NCBI GenBank assembly: GCA_963977015.1
Contig: CAXBMO010000029.1
Location: 17,423 to 81,422 of the forward strand
Direction: 5' to 3'
From: an uncultured bacterium
GTDB lineage: Bacteria > Verrucomicrobiota > Verrucomicrobiia > Verrucomicrobiales > DEV007
DNA: 64,000 bases
Shown: piece after piece, positions 39,101-48,365 of the stretch
Layout of the letters: every line of letters begins with the position of its first letter
Position numbering within the stretch: the first letter of the stretch is position 1
Notes under the pieces: generated by a model
Seen by the model: only the letters and a program-made list of their open reading frames with translations
The model's database searches: none
What the model was told of the DNA's origin: nothing
Translations under genes and position numbers: made by a program

Positions 39101-40265
39101 CGGGACTGGTCGAACTCGGCGCACACAGAACCCAGAGCCGCCCGCGTTCATCGAAGTTCATGGCGACCGGCTTGGAAATGGGCACGTCGCGTTCCGATGC
39201 CCAGAGGCTGATTTCCAAATCATGATCCAGGGCGAACTTTTGCAGCACCTCATTGGGTCGGTTCTCGGTTTGAGGGCGAATCAGCGGATAGGCTCCCGGC
39301 ACCGGAGCGCTGCTGAGGAGGTGAGGTGGAATCGTGGTCGGTTCCATGGTCCAGAGCGACATGATGCCCGGTTTTTCCATGTTCCAGACCGTGCGGTCCG
39401 CCAACTCGATCAGCCGGTCTTTCTGTTCCAGGATGTCTTCTCGAGTGTTTTCAGAATGAACCGGCCTCCAGCGGTTGAGCCAAAGCAGATTCTTCTTGGT
39501 CACCAGTCGACGAACGGCTTCCGCGCCCCAAAAATCGGATTCGGGAGTTTCCACGATCAGCCCCAGCTTGTCCGCGAGGATCTTGCTCAGCATCCAGTGG
39601 CCATACGCATTCAGATGGATGCCGTTGTCGGTGAAAGGGCGGCGACTTCCCTGGCTCTCCGCTTCGAACGCGGTCAAAATATCCAGAAACCGGACTTTGC
39701 TCTCGATGCAGATTTCCCGCATCGCGTCGCGATAGAGCCGCAGATTCGCATTGATGGACGCTTCGCGCGGGGACTCCGGCGCAACTTGCCGGTAGGGAAC
39801 GGGAGAAACCAGAACCAGCTCCGGAGGCGTCTTTCCGTTGTAATTTTGTGACGTGCGATCCCTGATGAACTGAGCGAGTTCTTTCCGAAATTTCGGGATT
39901 CCCGCAGACCCGCCGAACGACTCGTTGAAGCCAAAGAACGCAAAAATGAGGTCGGGGCCAACTGCGAAAAGGTGGGAATCAAGATCGCCAAATCCAGGTT
40001 CGCGCTCCAAATCGGAGACCTGATCTCCCGACCAGCCCATATTGCGAACCAAGAGGTTGTGATTGGGAAAGGCGCATTGGAGGGCGGCTTCGAAGTAGGA
40101 ATGGGCTGTCATTCCTTCCGCCAATGCGTTTCCCAGGATGACGATTCGCGCCCCGGGCTCCAATTCCAACCGAGTAGCCCGGGAATCTCCCGGAAAAGCG
40201 AGCCAAAGAATCAGCCCAGCCAGCAACGGCAGGGATGGATTTCGATGGCTGGCGGACGGTCTCAT
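36162..40265 (-). CDS. Large PVC-type multidomain protein: SGNH-like, dehydrogenase-type beta-propeller, HEAT repeats, discoidin/F5-8-like, cupredoxin-like
   Basis: ILGNALAE...RNMGWSGD...GFNES...DNGIHLN; KPVAMNFDERGRLWV, WGPDG, GPDGAFY; ARAAAARVL/DPRVRLAAL; WWEVDLG; C-terminal PGAYPFRATTPGHW. Confidence 0.75.
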   Translation of the reverse strand: MRPSASHRNPSLPLLAGLILWLAFPGDSRATRLELEPGARIVILGNALAEGMTAHSYFEAALQCAFPNHNLLVRNMGWSGDQVSDLEREPGFGDLDSHLFAVGPDLIFAFFGFNESFGGSAGIPKFRKELAQFIRDRTSQNYNGKTPPELVLVSPVPYRQVAPESPREASINANLRLYRDAMREICIESKVRFLDILTAFEAESQGSRRPFTDNGIHLNAYGHWMLSKILADKLGLIVETPESDFWGAEAVRRLVTKKNLLWLNRWRPVHSENTREDILEQKDRLIELADRTVWNMEKPGIMSLWTMEPTTIPPHLLSSAPVPGAYPLIRPQTENRPNEVLQKFALDHDLEISLWASERDVPISKPVAMNFDERGRLWVLCAPSSTSPDSIELPDDYLLILEDEDMDHVVDSHSVFARGLQLPTGFTLAERGAVIAEQRTLVRYLDRDDNGVADQRKEVFSGFGAAAPESGLAGFQWGPDGSLWFSQGQQTHSRVETAWGVQRISDQAILHYSPRSEKLEMVSNSPFIDRMSLSFDGWGRGLMINSQGNQTILLDQIASLDHEVSEPHSLQTSSGGTLLYSPHFPKQRRTAFVRGSETDSGAINWFQVSDEGSVLRIERQQNPLLKSDGSAAFSPIAYKVGPDGAFYILDAAMDSESASEPHQGRVWRLSARGKREYWRQNVSDAPIEVLLEQLRSPEPNARKHVRRELWTRSPTEVFAALNEWSGDIDYSDDDRQRLLTELLWLHQAYGRVDSSLLSSLTESPEPKARAAAARVLGDWHDRIDQPLELLAKVMEDEDPRVRLAALSSARKIGSPKAGDIATLARHWPMSDDLQPIYEETCKLLGKASGSPPSLRAKAIATSNADLVAGEMTPQAASVLFERKIYEKEHLAGLHRAAIVLARRQGQTLAEYFVSRLADQNTSSLVIENIQQLLNHAGAWELHFLRDKLLRIAEQSPNSASRRTAYAASLIGASTSHTTNELAAKITAKGDFPHTELLRACEIAAENEAVKYRIKSLVRDELAAPNQSNHRTARFVRIVSPNTNRLSFTELEVIYEGTNLASGKTTSQFTAPDSASEIEQHSSAGVNGITNLDKEEFYPVDSSGDASAQGVQVSSTDGDDLWWEVDLGEEMKIESVILYTTPGSIQSSQVQFELRDNDGEAVYTTSRPSDEAKIVVDIQLAPERIAAASAVARKLGDDFKDSLITVAKYAGQTEDRFTAMRALSRMGAAPDDLKIKKVEIEATAAPSYQPSRFSVNPRTPVEMTLTNKNASPVNVVLMDQGAEDEVGKLVEAIHQSDAKNSETVPASSKILHATGLVTTGASTTLQFLAPSKPGAYPFRATTPGHWQVLKGILTVVAPKPPPEPAASD

Positions 40266-40338
40266 TGGTATCTCATCGTAATAGTAACCAATTGGGGAAT
40301 GTCCGCACCCTGGAAATTTTGAGGTGCGAACGGGAACA

Positions 40339-41514
40339 TTAGTCGAACGGTGCCGTTCGATCCGAGAGTGGCAGGAAGACCCTTTTCCGGCTGATTCCTG
40401 CTTGGAAAACGGCGGTAATCATCTCGAGCGCCTTCATCGCACGGTATCCGGAGCAAATGGGATCGCGGCGCTGAAACTGGATGGCCCGGAGCCAATCATC
40501 CACGATTCGGCGGTTGCCAATGTCCATCCAGAAGGCTTCCGGACGTTCCTTGTCCGTTTCCTCCTCCGTCGCGAAGAGTTCCACGTAGGGATAGGTGTAG
40601 TTCTGAACTTTTGCGGCGGTAACCAAAAAGGTCTTCACCGGATGACCGGCAAACACGCGAACCTTGGCCTTCGTTCCGATCAGTTCCAGTCCCCAGGGAC
40701 CGTTGAGGTGGCTTCCTTCCGGGCGACTTTGGAACGTCAAATCAACGCCATTGCTCATCGCAAAATAGGCGTGGATGTGATCTCCCGCAATCTTGCCGAG
40801 GTCTTCCTGGATCGCGCTTCGTCCGGAGTCCACCGTGATTTCGCTCCCTTTTTCCGAAATGCGGGCCGTGCACCAAATGGCGTCACCCGCAAAATAGCGG
40901 GCGAGATCAAACAGATGGGTGCCGAGAACGACCATGTCCTCTGCGCCTGCTCTTGCGTCCTGCTTGCCGAAGAGGCGAACTTCGAGCAGGTCGCCAATCT
41001 CGCCCTTGTCGATCGAGTCTTTCAGCTTGGTGATTTTCGGATCGAGCAGCATTTGATGCGCCACCGCGATCTTCAGGTTCTTCTCGTTCGCGATTTTGAG
41101 CAATTCATCCGCCTGCGCCAGCGTCTGGGTGAAGGGCTTCTCCAAGTAGACATGGGCGCCCGCTTCGAGGGCGGCTTTGCCCATCGCAAAATGCTGGTCG
41201 GTCCACCGTGGGGCCACGCTGACCAGATTTGGCTTCTCCACTGCCAGCATCTCTTGAAAATCCGCGTAGGCTTTCGGAGCTCCCGTCGCAGTTTTGGCCT
41301 TCTCGTGGTTCGCGGAATCCGCGTCGGCAACGGCGACAACCTGGACGTTCGGGAGATCGCGAAAGAGGACATCCAGTCGATGCCCGTAGTCGCCCCGGCC
41401 AGTATGACCGATGACGGCCGCCTTGAGAACTTCATCCTGAGCAAAGGCCCCGGAATGCGAAAGAGCCGCTGCCCCGAAGAGCAGCGACTTGGAGTGAAAT
41501 TGGCGGCGATCCAC
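40339..41514 (-). CDS. Gfo/Idh/MocA-family oxidoreductase (Tat-exported)
   Basis: DRRQF; VIGHTGRGDYGH, HVYLEKP, LGTHLFD. Confidence 0.9.
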   Translation of the reverse strand: MDRRQFHSKSLLFGAAALSHSGAFAQDEVLKAAVIGHTGRGDYGHRLDVLFRDLPNVQVVAVADADSANHEKAKTATGAPKAYADFQEMLAVEKPNLVSVAPRWTDQHFAMGKAALEAGAHVYLEKPFTQTLAQADELLKIANEKNLKIAVAHQMLLDPKITKLKDSIDKGEIGDLLEVRLFGKQDARAGAEDMVVLGTHLFDLARYFAGDAIWCTARISEKGSEITVDSGRSAIQEDLGKIAGDHIHAYFAMSNGVDLTFQSRPEGSHLNGPWGLELIGTKAKVRVFAGHPVKTFLVTAAKVQNYTYPYVELFATEEETDKERPEAFWMDIGNRRIVDDWLRAIQFQRRDPICSGYRAMKALEMITAVFQAGISRKRVFLPLSDRTAPFD

Positions 41515-41517
41515 CGG

Positions 41518-41790
41518 TTATTTCTTAAGTTTCATGAGGAAGCTCCCCACGATGAGCAGGATGAGAGCTCCTCCGGTTGCGACCAGAATCTGCGAGACGG
41601 TTCCACCTCCTCCGATGTTGAGTTGGGAGGCGATATATCCACCGACGAACGCTCCGGCGACACCAAGAAGGATCGTCAGAATCAGGTTCATTTTCTGGCG
41701 GCCAGGCATCAACAACCTGCCCAAAGCACCAGCGATGAGGCCAATAACGACCCACCATACAAACTCTCCAAATGTCAGGGCTAAAATCAT
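41518..41790 (-). CDS. GlsB/YeaQ/YmgE (transglycosylase-associated) membrane protein
   Basis: WVVIGLIAGALGRLLMPG...TILLGVAGAFVGG...ATGGALILL. Confidence 0.9.
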   Translation of the reverse strand: MILALTFGEFVWWVVIGLIAGALGRLLMPGRQKMNLILTILLGVAGAFVGGYIASQLNIGGGGTVSQILVATGGALILLIVGSFLMKLKK

Positions 41791-41981
41791 GATTATATCT
41801 TGTATTAGTTAATGGTTAGAAACGGCTAAATGACTGTGGTTCGTGAGTCAAGGTTGTCTACGACTTCTTTTTCGTCACTTTGTGAGGGTTATTCGGTCGC
41901 ATTCAGTGGGGCTATCATGCCGAAAATGCCGTTGCTTAACAATTATAAAAAACCGGCAATCCTGCAATGCCTGAGCCGCGT

Positions 41982-44387
41982 TTAGACCAGCGCATGCCGG
42001 AGGACTTCATCGACCGTCTCAACAGGAACAATTTCGAGACGTTCTCTGACTTCTTCGGGAAGCTCCGGAATGTCCTTTTCGTTGAGTTTGGGAATGATCA
42101 CTTTCTTGATCCCCGCAGTCAGGGCCGCGATCGTTTTCTCCTTGAGGCCGCCTATCGGTAACACCAAACCGCGAAGCGTGATTTCACCCGTCATAGCGAC
42201 TTCGTGATTGACCGAACGATTCGCATAGAGCGAGGCCAAGGCGGTAAACATCGTGATTCCGGCAGAAGGCCCATCCTTGGGAACGGCACCGGCCGGCACG
42301 TGGATGTGGACATCGTAGTTTTCAAAATCGGCCGGCTTGATCTTCAGCTCCTTGGCTCGAGAGCGAACCAGGCTCTGAGCTGCCTGCACCGATTCCTTCA
42401 TCACATCACCCAGTTGACCGGTTAGCTTGACGTTGCCTTTTCCCGGAAACCGGATCGCCTCGACGTGGAGAACATCTCCACCAACCTGCGTGTAGGCCAG
42501 TCCGGTCACGACGCCGGGTTGACTTTTGAGGAGTTTGCTTTCCCTGACGAACTTGGCGGGCCCCAAAATGTGGCGAACCTCATTCAAATCGACGTTCAAA
42601 CTCGTGATCTCCTCTTTTGCGACCCGAGCCGCAACGGAACGGCAAACCGAGCCGAGTTCCCGTTCGAGATTCCGAACTCCGGATTCCCGCGTGTAATCGG
42701 AAATCACGGCACGAATCGCTTTTTCCTCGAACGTGCACTGATCTTCCTTCAGCCCGTTTTCCTTGATCTGCCGCGGGATGAGATAGCGGGTTGCGATGTT
42801 CAGCTTCTCTTCCTCGGTATAACCAGGAAGCTCAATGGTCTCCATCCGATCCAGAAGGGGGGCGGGAATCGTGGAAAGCGTGTTGGCCGTCGCGATGAAC
42901 ATGACCTGCGACAAATCAAAGGGCACATCGAGGTAACGGTCCGAAAAACTGTCATTCTGACGCGGATCTAGCACTTCAAGAAGGGCGCTCGCGGGATCTC
43001 CACGGAAGTCGGCTCCCATCTTGTCGACTTCATCCAGCATCATCACCGGATTTCGCGTTCCGACGCGTCGCAATTCCTGGATGATACGTCCGGGCATCGA
43101 CCCGATGTAGGTCCGGCGGTGACCGCGAATCTCGGATTCATCGCGAATGCCTCCCAACGCCATGCGAGTAAATTCCCGTCCCAGTGCATCGGCAATGGAT
43201 TCACCCAGGCTGGTTTTTCCGACTCCGGGAGGACCGACGAAGCAAAGAATTGGTCCCTGGCCGGTCGGATTGAGCTTCCGAACCGCCAAAAATTCGATGA
43301 TCCGCTGCTTCACGCGCTTCAGTCCATAATGATCCTGATCGAGCTTTTCCTGAGCCGCGTTGAGATCCAGATTGTCCTTGCTCATCGCCTCCCACGGCAA
43401 CTCGGCGAGCGTTTCGAGGTAGTTGAGAATCACGGAGTGATCCGGGCTTTGCGGCGGAATGATCTCCAATCGCTTGAGTTCGTGATCCGCCTGCTCGCGC
43501 GCTTCCTCAGGCAGATTCGCCGCATCGAGCCGTTCGCGCAGATCTTCGACCTCTTCTTCAGTCCCATCCTGCTCACCCAATTCCTTCTGGATGGCACGGA
43601 GTTGCTCGCGAAGATAAGCCCGCTTCTGCGATTCTGTGAATTCCGTCTCCACATCCGATCGTAACTTCTGCTGGATTTCCGCGATGCGAAGCTGGTTATC
43701 GATCTGCTTTTGCAGATTCTCGACCCGCAAAACCACATTCAACTGACTCATGAGGTCCTGGCTGCGATTCAACTCAAGGCTCAGATTGCCAGCCAAAAAG
43801 TCACTCAACGTCGCGGGATCATCCATGCCCGAAAGCATCGTGATCGCTTCAGGGGGAACGTTCGGATTGAATTCGAGAAGCTTGATCGCTGATTCGCGCA
43901 GATTGCGAACCGCAGCCGTCCAGTATTCGTCATCGTCTTCGGGCGACGACTGCACCAGGCGCTCCACCTCGACTTTCAAAAACGGTTCCGTCTGCGTGGC
44001 TCGCACCAGCTTCACGCGTTCGATGCCTTGCGAAATCACGATGGCGGCTTCTTGATCGGGCCGAACCAGGCGCAGCACTTTGGCCAGGCAACCCACCTCA
44101 TGGAGATCCTCCAGACCGACATCGTCCTTCTCGGGATCTTTCTGAAGCACCACCACGACGTGATCGCCATGGGGCAGGCTTTGTTCGAGCATCTCCAGGG
44201 TTGAGGCGCGTCCCACGCTCAGGGGAGAAATGGTTCCCGGAAACAAGACGGAATTGCGCAACGGCAGAACCGGAATCTCAGCCGGGAGGTTCAGCTTTTC
44301 CAACGTCGCATCGCCTTCCTCCACGATCGTGGCTTCTTTGGGAGGCTCATTCGACCCATTCTGTAATTCCAAATTTTCTGACTCCAT
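41982..44387 (-). CDS. lon: ATP-dependent protease La (Lon)
   Basis: PVLPLRNSVLFP (LON N domain), GPPGVGKTS, RGHRRTYIGSMPG, PKDGPSAG (catalytic Ser), IGGLKEK. Start ATG 44387 (alternative GTG 44423). Confidence 0.97.
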   Translation of the reverse strand: MESENLELQNGSNEPPKEATIVEEGDATLEKLNLPAEIPVLPLRNSVLFPGTISPLSVGRASTLEMLEQSLPHGDHVVVVLQKDPEKDDVGLEDLHEVGCLAKVLRLVRPDQEAAIVISQGIERVKLVRATQTEPFLKVEVERLVQSSPEDDDEYWTAAVRNLRESAIKLLEFNPNVPPEAITMLSGMDDPATLSDFLAGNLSLELNRSQDLMSQLNVVLRVENLQKQIDNQLRIAEIQQKLRSDVETEFTESQKRAYLREQLRAIQKELGEQDGTEEEVEDLRERLDAANLPEEAREQADHELKRLEIIPPQSPDHSVILNYLETLAELPWEAMSKDNLDLNAAQEKLDQDHYGLKRVKQRIIEFLAVRKLNPTGQGPILCFVGPPGVGKTSLGESIADALGREFTRMALGGIRDESEIRGHRRTYIGSMPGRIIQELRRVGTRNPVMMLDEVDKMGADFRGDPASALLEVLDPRQNDSFSDRYLDVPFDLSQVMFIATANTLSTIPAPLLDRMETIELPGYTEEEKLNIATRYLIPRQIKENGLKEDQCTFEEKAIRAVISDYTRESGVRNLERELGSVCRSVAARVAKEEITSLNVDLNEVRHILGPAKFVRESKLLKSQPGVVTGLAYTQVGGDVLHVEAIRFPGKGNVKLTGQLGDVMKESVQAAQSLVRSRAKELKIKPADFENYDVHIHVPAGAVPKDGPSAGITMFTALASLYANRSVNHEVAMTGEITLRGLVLPIGGLKEKTIAALTAGIKKVIIPKLNEKDIPELPEEVRERLEIVPVETVDEVLRHALV

Positions 44388-44392
44388 ATCGG

Positions 44393-44809
44393 TTAAGTTG
44401 CTTTGATTGGAAGACTCACCCACAGGTATCCTTCGACCTTCGTTGCGGTGACTCCCTCTGGATCGACCGCCTGGGGCAGGTGGATTTCTCGTGCGAATGG
44501 TCCGTTCTCAATTTCCAGTGCCAGGGTTTGGCAACAAGAGACGGAGGGATCCTCAATCTCGGGGCGTGGAATCGCGCGAAATCCCTGAATGCTGATTTTC
44601 TGCGGCAAAACCTTCAGGTCGATCGCTTCCCGGTGGACCCCTGCCAAATCGACACAGATCTCGAAGCGATGATCGTAGCGGTAGGCGTTGATCGCGGGCG
44701 TCCACGCAGGATTGGGCGCAAGGTAGTGAGAGAACTGAAGCTTCTCAATGCCCTGGACGACCTCCTCGGTCTGGGCGAAAACGCGGGTGTAACGGATTTT
44801 TCTCGCCAT
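44393..44809 (-). CDS. Hsp20/alpha-crystallin small heat-shock protein
   Basis: WTPAINAY, VDLAGV, EIENGPFAREIHLP...GYLWVSLP; directly upstream of lon. Confidence 0.88.
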   Translation of the reverse strand: MARKIRYTRVFAQTEEVVQGIEKLQFSHYLAPNPAWTPAINAYRYDHRFEICVDLAGVHREAIDLKVLPQKISIQGFRAIPRPEIEDPSVSCCQTLALEIENGPFAREIHLPQAVDPEGVTATKVEGYLWVSLPIKAT

Positions 44810-44947
44810 AACGGGGTAAGTTGGCGGTCTTGGTTAGGTTTTGTCAAGAGGCGGGAAGTTCCCGACTCAGTTCCTTGGACGATTTGGAGCCGCAGACCTA
44901 TCAACCCACCTTGATTAGGGGCTAACATTGTCAATAGTTCGCCATCC

Positions 44948-46324
44948 ATGCCTGAATCCCCCCGTGTTGCCATTCTCAATGTCGTAGGCCTGACCAGTCG
45001 GTTCTTCGGTCCCGACATGCCGGAGATCACCGCGTTTCAACAACGCAGCCAATGGGCGCACGTCGAGCCGATGCTCCCCGCCGTCACCTCTTCGGTCCAG
45101 GCCACCTACCTGACCGGAAAAACTCCGGGAGATCACGGCATCGTCGCCAACGGCTGGTATGACCGGGCCCGCGCCGAGCATCTCTTCTGGAAGCAATCCG
45201 ACCGCTTCGTCGCCGGCCCGAAACTCTGGGAGATCCTCAAGGACGCCAACCCCGACTTTACCTGCGCCCGTCTCTTTTGGTGGAACAACATGTATTCCAC
45301 CGTCGATTACTCCATCACCCCGCGCCCCATCTATTGCGCCGACGGCAAAAAGGTTTTCGACATCACTTCCCGCCCGCTCGACATCCGCGATGCCATCAAG
45401 GCCGACCTCGGCGACTTTCCCTTTCCCCAGTTCTGGGGACCGGGCTCCGGCATCGGCTCCAGCCAATGGATCGCCGACTCCGCCAAATGGATCGAGGAAA
45501 AATACGCCCCCAACCTCAACCTCGTCTACCTCCCACACCTCGACTACAACCTCCAGAAGTGGGGACCGAACGATCCGCGCATCGCCGAAGATCTCCGCGC
45601 CATTGATGAAGTCGTTGGCCGCCTCATCCGGTTCTTCGAAAAACGCGGCGTCAAGCCCGTCCTCCTCTCCGAATACGGCATCACCGAGGTCGATCGCCCC
45701 GTTCACCTCAATCGCGTCTTTCGCGAGCACGGCTGGCTCGAGATCAAGGAAGAGCTGGGGAGCGACGTCCTCGAACTTGGCGATTGTCGCGCCCTCGCCA
45801 TCGCCGATCACCAGATCGCCCACATCTACCTCAATGACCCGAGCCTGAGGGAGGACGTTAAAGCCGTTCTCGCCCAAACTGAAGGCGTCGAGCGCGTTCT
45901 CGACCGTGCCGAACTCGCCGAAGCCGGGCTCGACCACCCCCGCAGCGGCGATCTCGTCGCCATCGCGGATTCCCGCAGTTGGTTCACCTATTACTATTGG
46001 CTCGACGACGACAAGGCGCCCGACTTTGCCCGCACCGTCGACATCCATCGCAAGCAGGGCTACGACCCCGTCGAACTCTTTATCGATCCCAAAATCGTCC
46101 TCCCCAAGGTCAAGATCATCAGCAAGCTCATCCGCAAGAAACTCGGCCAGCGCATTCTCATGGACCTCATCCCGCTCGACTCCACCCTCGTCAAGGGCTC
46201 CCACGGTCGCCTTCCCGAGGATCAAGCCGACTGGCCCGTCCTCATCGGCCCCTTTGCCGCGTTAAAAGACTCCGACCAAGTCGGCGCCTGCGACGTCTTC
46301 GAGCACCTGCGCCAGCTTCTTTAG
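44948..46324 (+). CDS. Alkaline phosphatase superfamily nucleotide pyrophosphatase/phosphodiesterase (EboF-like)
   Basis: LPAVTSSVQATYLTG (catalytic Thr), HGIVANGW, YLPHLDY, LSEYG, KGSHG. Confidence 0.82.
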   Translation: MPESPRVAILNVVGLTSRFFGPDMPEITAFQQRSQWAHVEPMLPAVTSSVQATYLTGKTPGDHGIVANGWYDRARAEHLFWKQSDRFVAGPKLWEILKDANPDFTCARLFWWNNMYSTVDYSITPRPIYCADGKKVFDITSRPLDIRDAIKADLGDFPFPQFWGPGSGIGSSQWIADSAKWIEEKYAPNLNLVYLPHLDYNLQKWGPNDPRIAEDLRAIDEVVGRLIRFFEKRGVKPVLLSEYGITEVDRPVHLNRVFREHGWLEIKEELGSDVLELGDCRALAIADHQIAHIYLNDPSLREDVKAVLAQTEGVERVLDRAELAEAGLDHPRSGDLVAIADSRSWFTYYYWLDDDKAPDFARTVDIHRKQGYDPVELFIDPKIVLPKVKIISKLIRKKLGQRILMDLIPLDSTLVKGSHGRLPEDQADWPVLIGPFAALKDSDQVGACDVFEHLRQLL

Positions 46325-46387
46325 GTTCGATGCCCCGTCACCGGGTTCCCCGCTTGATTCAGCCTCAATCCTCTCTATCACTGTCCC

Positions 46388-47674
46388 ATGAAGCTCGAAA
46401 CCCTTTGCCTTCACGGCGGCCATCAGCCGGACCCCACCACCAAATCCTGCGGCGTCGCCGTCTACCGCACCGCAGCCTACGTCTTTGACTCCACGGAGCA
46501 CGCCGCCAATCTCTTCGCCTTGAAGGAGCTGGGCAACATCTATTCGCGGATCATGAATCCGACCAACGACGTCCTCGAAAAGCGCGTTGCCCTCATGGAA
46601 GGCGCTCCGGAAATGGGTGGCCTCGCCCTCGCTTCCGGTACCTCCGCCGTCTTCTACTCCATCATCAACCTCGCCCAGGCTGGCGACAACATCGTCTCCG
46701 CCCGCAACCTTTACGGCGGCAGCTACACCCAGTTCAACGACATCCTCCCGACCTTCGGGATCACCGTCAAATTTGTCGATTCCCAGGATCCGCAGGCTTT
46801 TGCCAATGCGATTGACGACAAAACCCGCGCCATCTTCTGCGAGACCGTCTCCAACCCCGCCAGCCAGGTTACCGACCTGGAAGCGGTCTCCAGCGTCGCC
46901 CACGCCCATGGCCTGCCCTTCATCGTCGACGCCACCTTCTCCACGCCCTACCTCTGCCAGCCCATCCAACACGGGGCGGACATCGTCGTTCACTCCCTCA
47001 CCAAATGGCTCGGCGGACACGGCGCCGGCATCGGCGGGATCGTCATCGACTCCGGCACCTTCAACTGGGCCGGAGGCAAACATCCGCTTTTCGATAATCC
47101 CGACACCTCCTACCACGGCCTGCGTTGGGGGCACGACCTGCCCGAGCCGCTCGCCCCGCTTGCCTACATCCTGCGCATGCGCACCGTCCCGCTTCGCAAC
47201 CTCGGCGCCACCCTTTCGCCGGACAACGCCTGGATCGCCCTGCAAGGCATCGAAACCCTGCCTTTGCGCATGGAACGCCACTGCGAAAACGCCAACGCTG
47301 TCGCCCGCCACCTCCAGAACCAAGCCAGCGTCACTTCGGTTCGTTTTCCCGGCCTCGAATCCGACCCCGAATACGACAAGAACCTCAAATACCTCAAAGG
47401 CAAAGGCGGCTCCATGGTCGTCTTCGAGATCGCAGGCGGCAAGGAAGCCGGTCAGAAGTTTATCGAGAGCCTCAAACTCTTCTCCCACCTCGCCAACGTC
47501 GGCGACGCCCGTTCCCTCGCCATTCATCCCGCCACCACGACCCACTCCCAGCTCAGCGATGAGCAACAAGCCGGAGCGGGCATCACCCCGGGATTGATTC
47601 GACTCAGCGTCGGCATCGAGAACATCGACGACATCCTCGCCGACATTGACCAAGCCCTTGCTGCTGCGAGCTAA
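46388..47674 (+). CDS. metY: O-acetylhomoserine aminocarboxypropyltransferase (PLP-dependent)
   Basis: GNIYSRIMNPT, LYGGSY, VVHSLTKWLGGHG (PLP Lys), HLANVGDARSLAIHPA, IRLSVGIE. Confidence 0.9.
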   Translation: MKLETLCLHGGHQPDPTTKSCGVAVYRTAAYVFDSTEHAANLFALKELGNIYSRIMNPTNDVLEKRVALMEGAPEMGGLALASGTSAVFYSIINLAQAGDNIVSARNLYGGSYTQFNDILPTFGITVKFVDSQDPQAFANAIDDKTRAIFCETVSNPASQVTDLEAVSSVAHAHGLPFIVDATFSTPYLCQPIQHGADIVVHSLTKWLGGHGAGIGGIVIDSGTFNWAGGKHPLFDNPDTSYHGLRWGHDLPEPLAPLAYILRMRTVPLRNLGATLSPDNAWIALQGIETLPLRMERHCENANAVARHLQNQASVTSVRFPGLESDPEYDKNLKYLKGKGGSMVVFEIAGGKEAGQKFIESLKLFSHLANVGDARSLAIHPATTTHSQLSDEQQAGAGITPGLIRLSVGIENIDDILADIDQALAAAS

Positions 47675-47817
47675 GAACGCTCAACTGGCTACGGCACCTC
47701 CAACGATGTATTGTTGGGTGAGTTGTTCGGACGTTCGGCTTCCGTGTTTTTCAGGATGGAAACTGCATCGGATTGAGGCCCATCAGAGCCACGATTGGGA
47801 AACTTATAGTCCGACGT

Positions 47818-48348
47818 TTAGGTCTGGTCGTTTGATTCTGGCTCCTGGTCGAGTGCTGCTTTTCTGGTCATCTCTTGATCAGGGGCAGGCAGGTCCCTTT
47901 CGTACGCTTTTCCCTTCCTTATTACATACCAAACCAAGAGGCCGAAAATAATAACGGGAAGGAGTGGTTTGAGAAGGACCAAAAAAAACGATAGGTAGTC
48001 CCCAAACTTGGTATCCAAAAATCGGTCGGCAAACGAAGGTTCTTGGCCGCGCTGTGTTACAACGACGAGCATCCCGACGAAGATCAAAATGTTGGCGGCC
48101 TGACCGAGAAGATAGATCCATGGAAGCGATCTTTTTCTGAAAAGAAAATAGGCACCGATATAGAGGGTGCTCCATAAAGGAGCCATCGTAACGTTCTGAA
48201 TTAGCACCATCAAAAAACCATACCCTTCATTGCGCGGGTATTCGGCCACGGACGTGGCTGCGATGATTACAAATGGGAGAACCAGCAGAGGCCCGACGGC
48301 AAAGGCAAGCAGTTTGTGACCGTCACTCGCTGACCGCTGCGTTACCAT
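47818..48348 (-). CDS. Hypothetical membrane protein (~4 TM helices), AT-richer than its flanks
   Basis: Four hydrophobic segments; fills the gap between metY and the GHL10 gene; no family recognised. Confidence 0.6.
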   Translation of the reverse strand: MVTQRSASDGHKLLAFAVGPLLVLPFVIIAATSVAEYPRNEGYGFLMVLIQNVTMAPLWSTLYIGAYFLFRKRSLPWIYLLGQAANILIFVGMLVVVTQRGQEPSFADRFLDTKFGDYLSFFLVLLKPLLPVIIFGLLVWYVIRKGKAYERDLPAPDQEMTRKAALDQEPESNDQT

Positions 48349-48365
48349 TTTCTACAGAGCGAGGA

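Noticed and set aside
44810-44900. CIRCE operator upstream of hsp20-lon
   Set aside because: TTAGCACTC-N9-GAGTGCTAA is not present; only a TTGACA hexamer.
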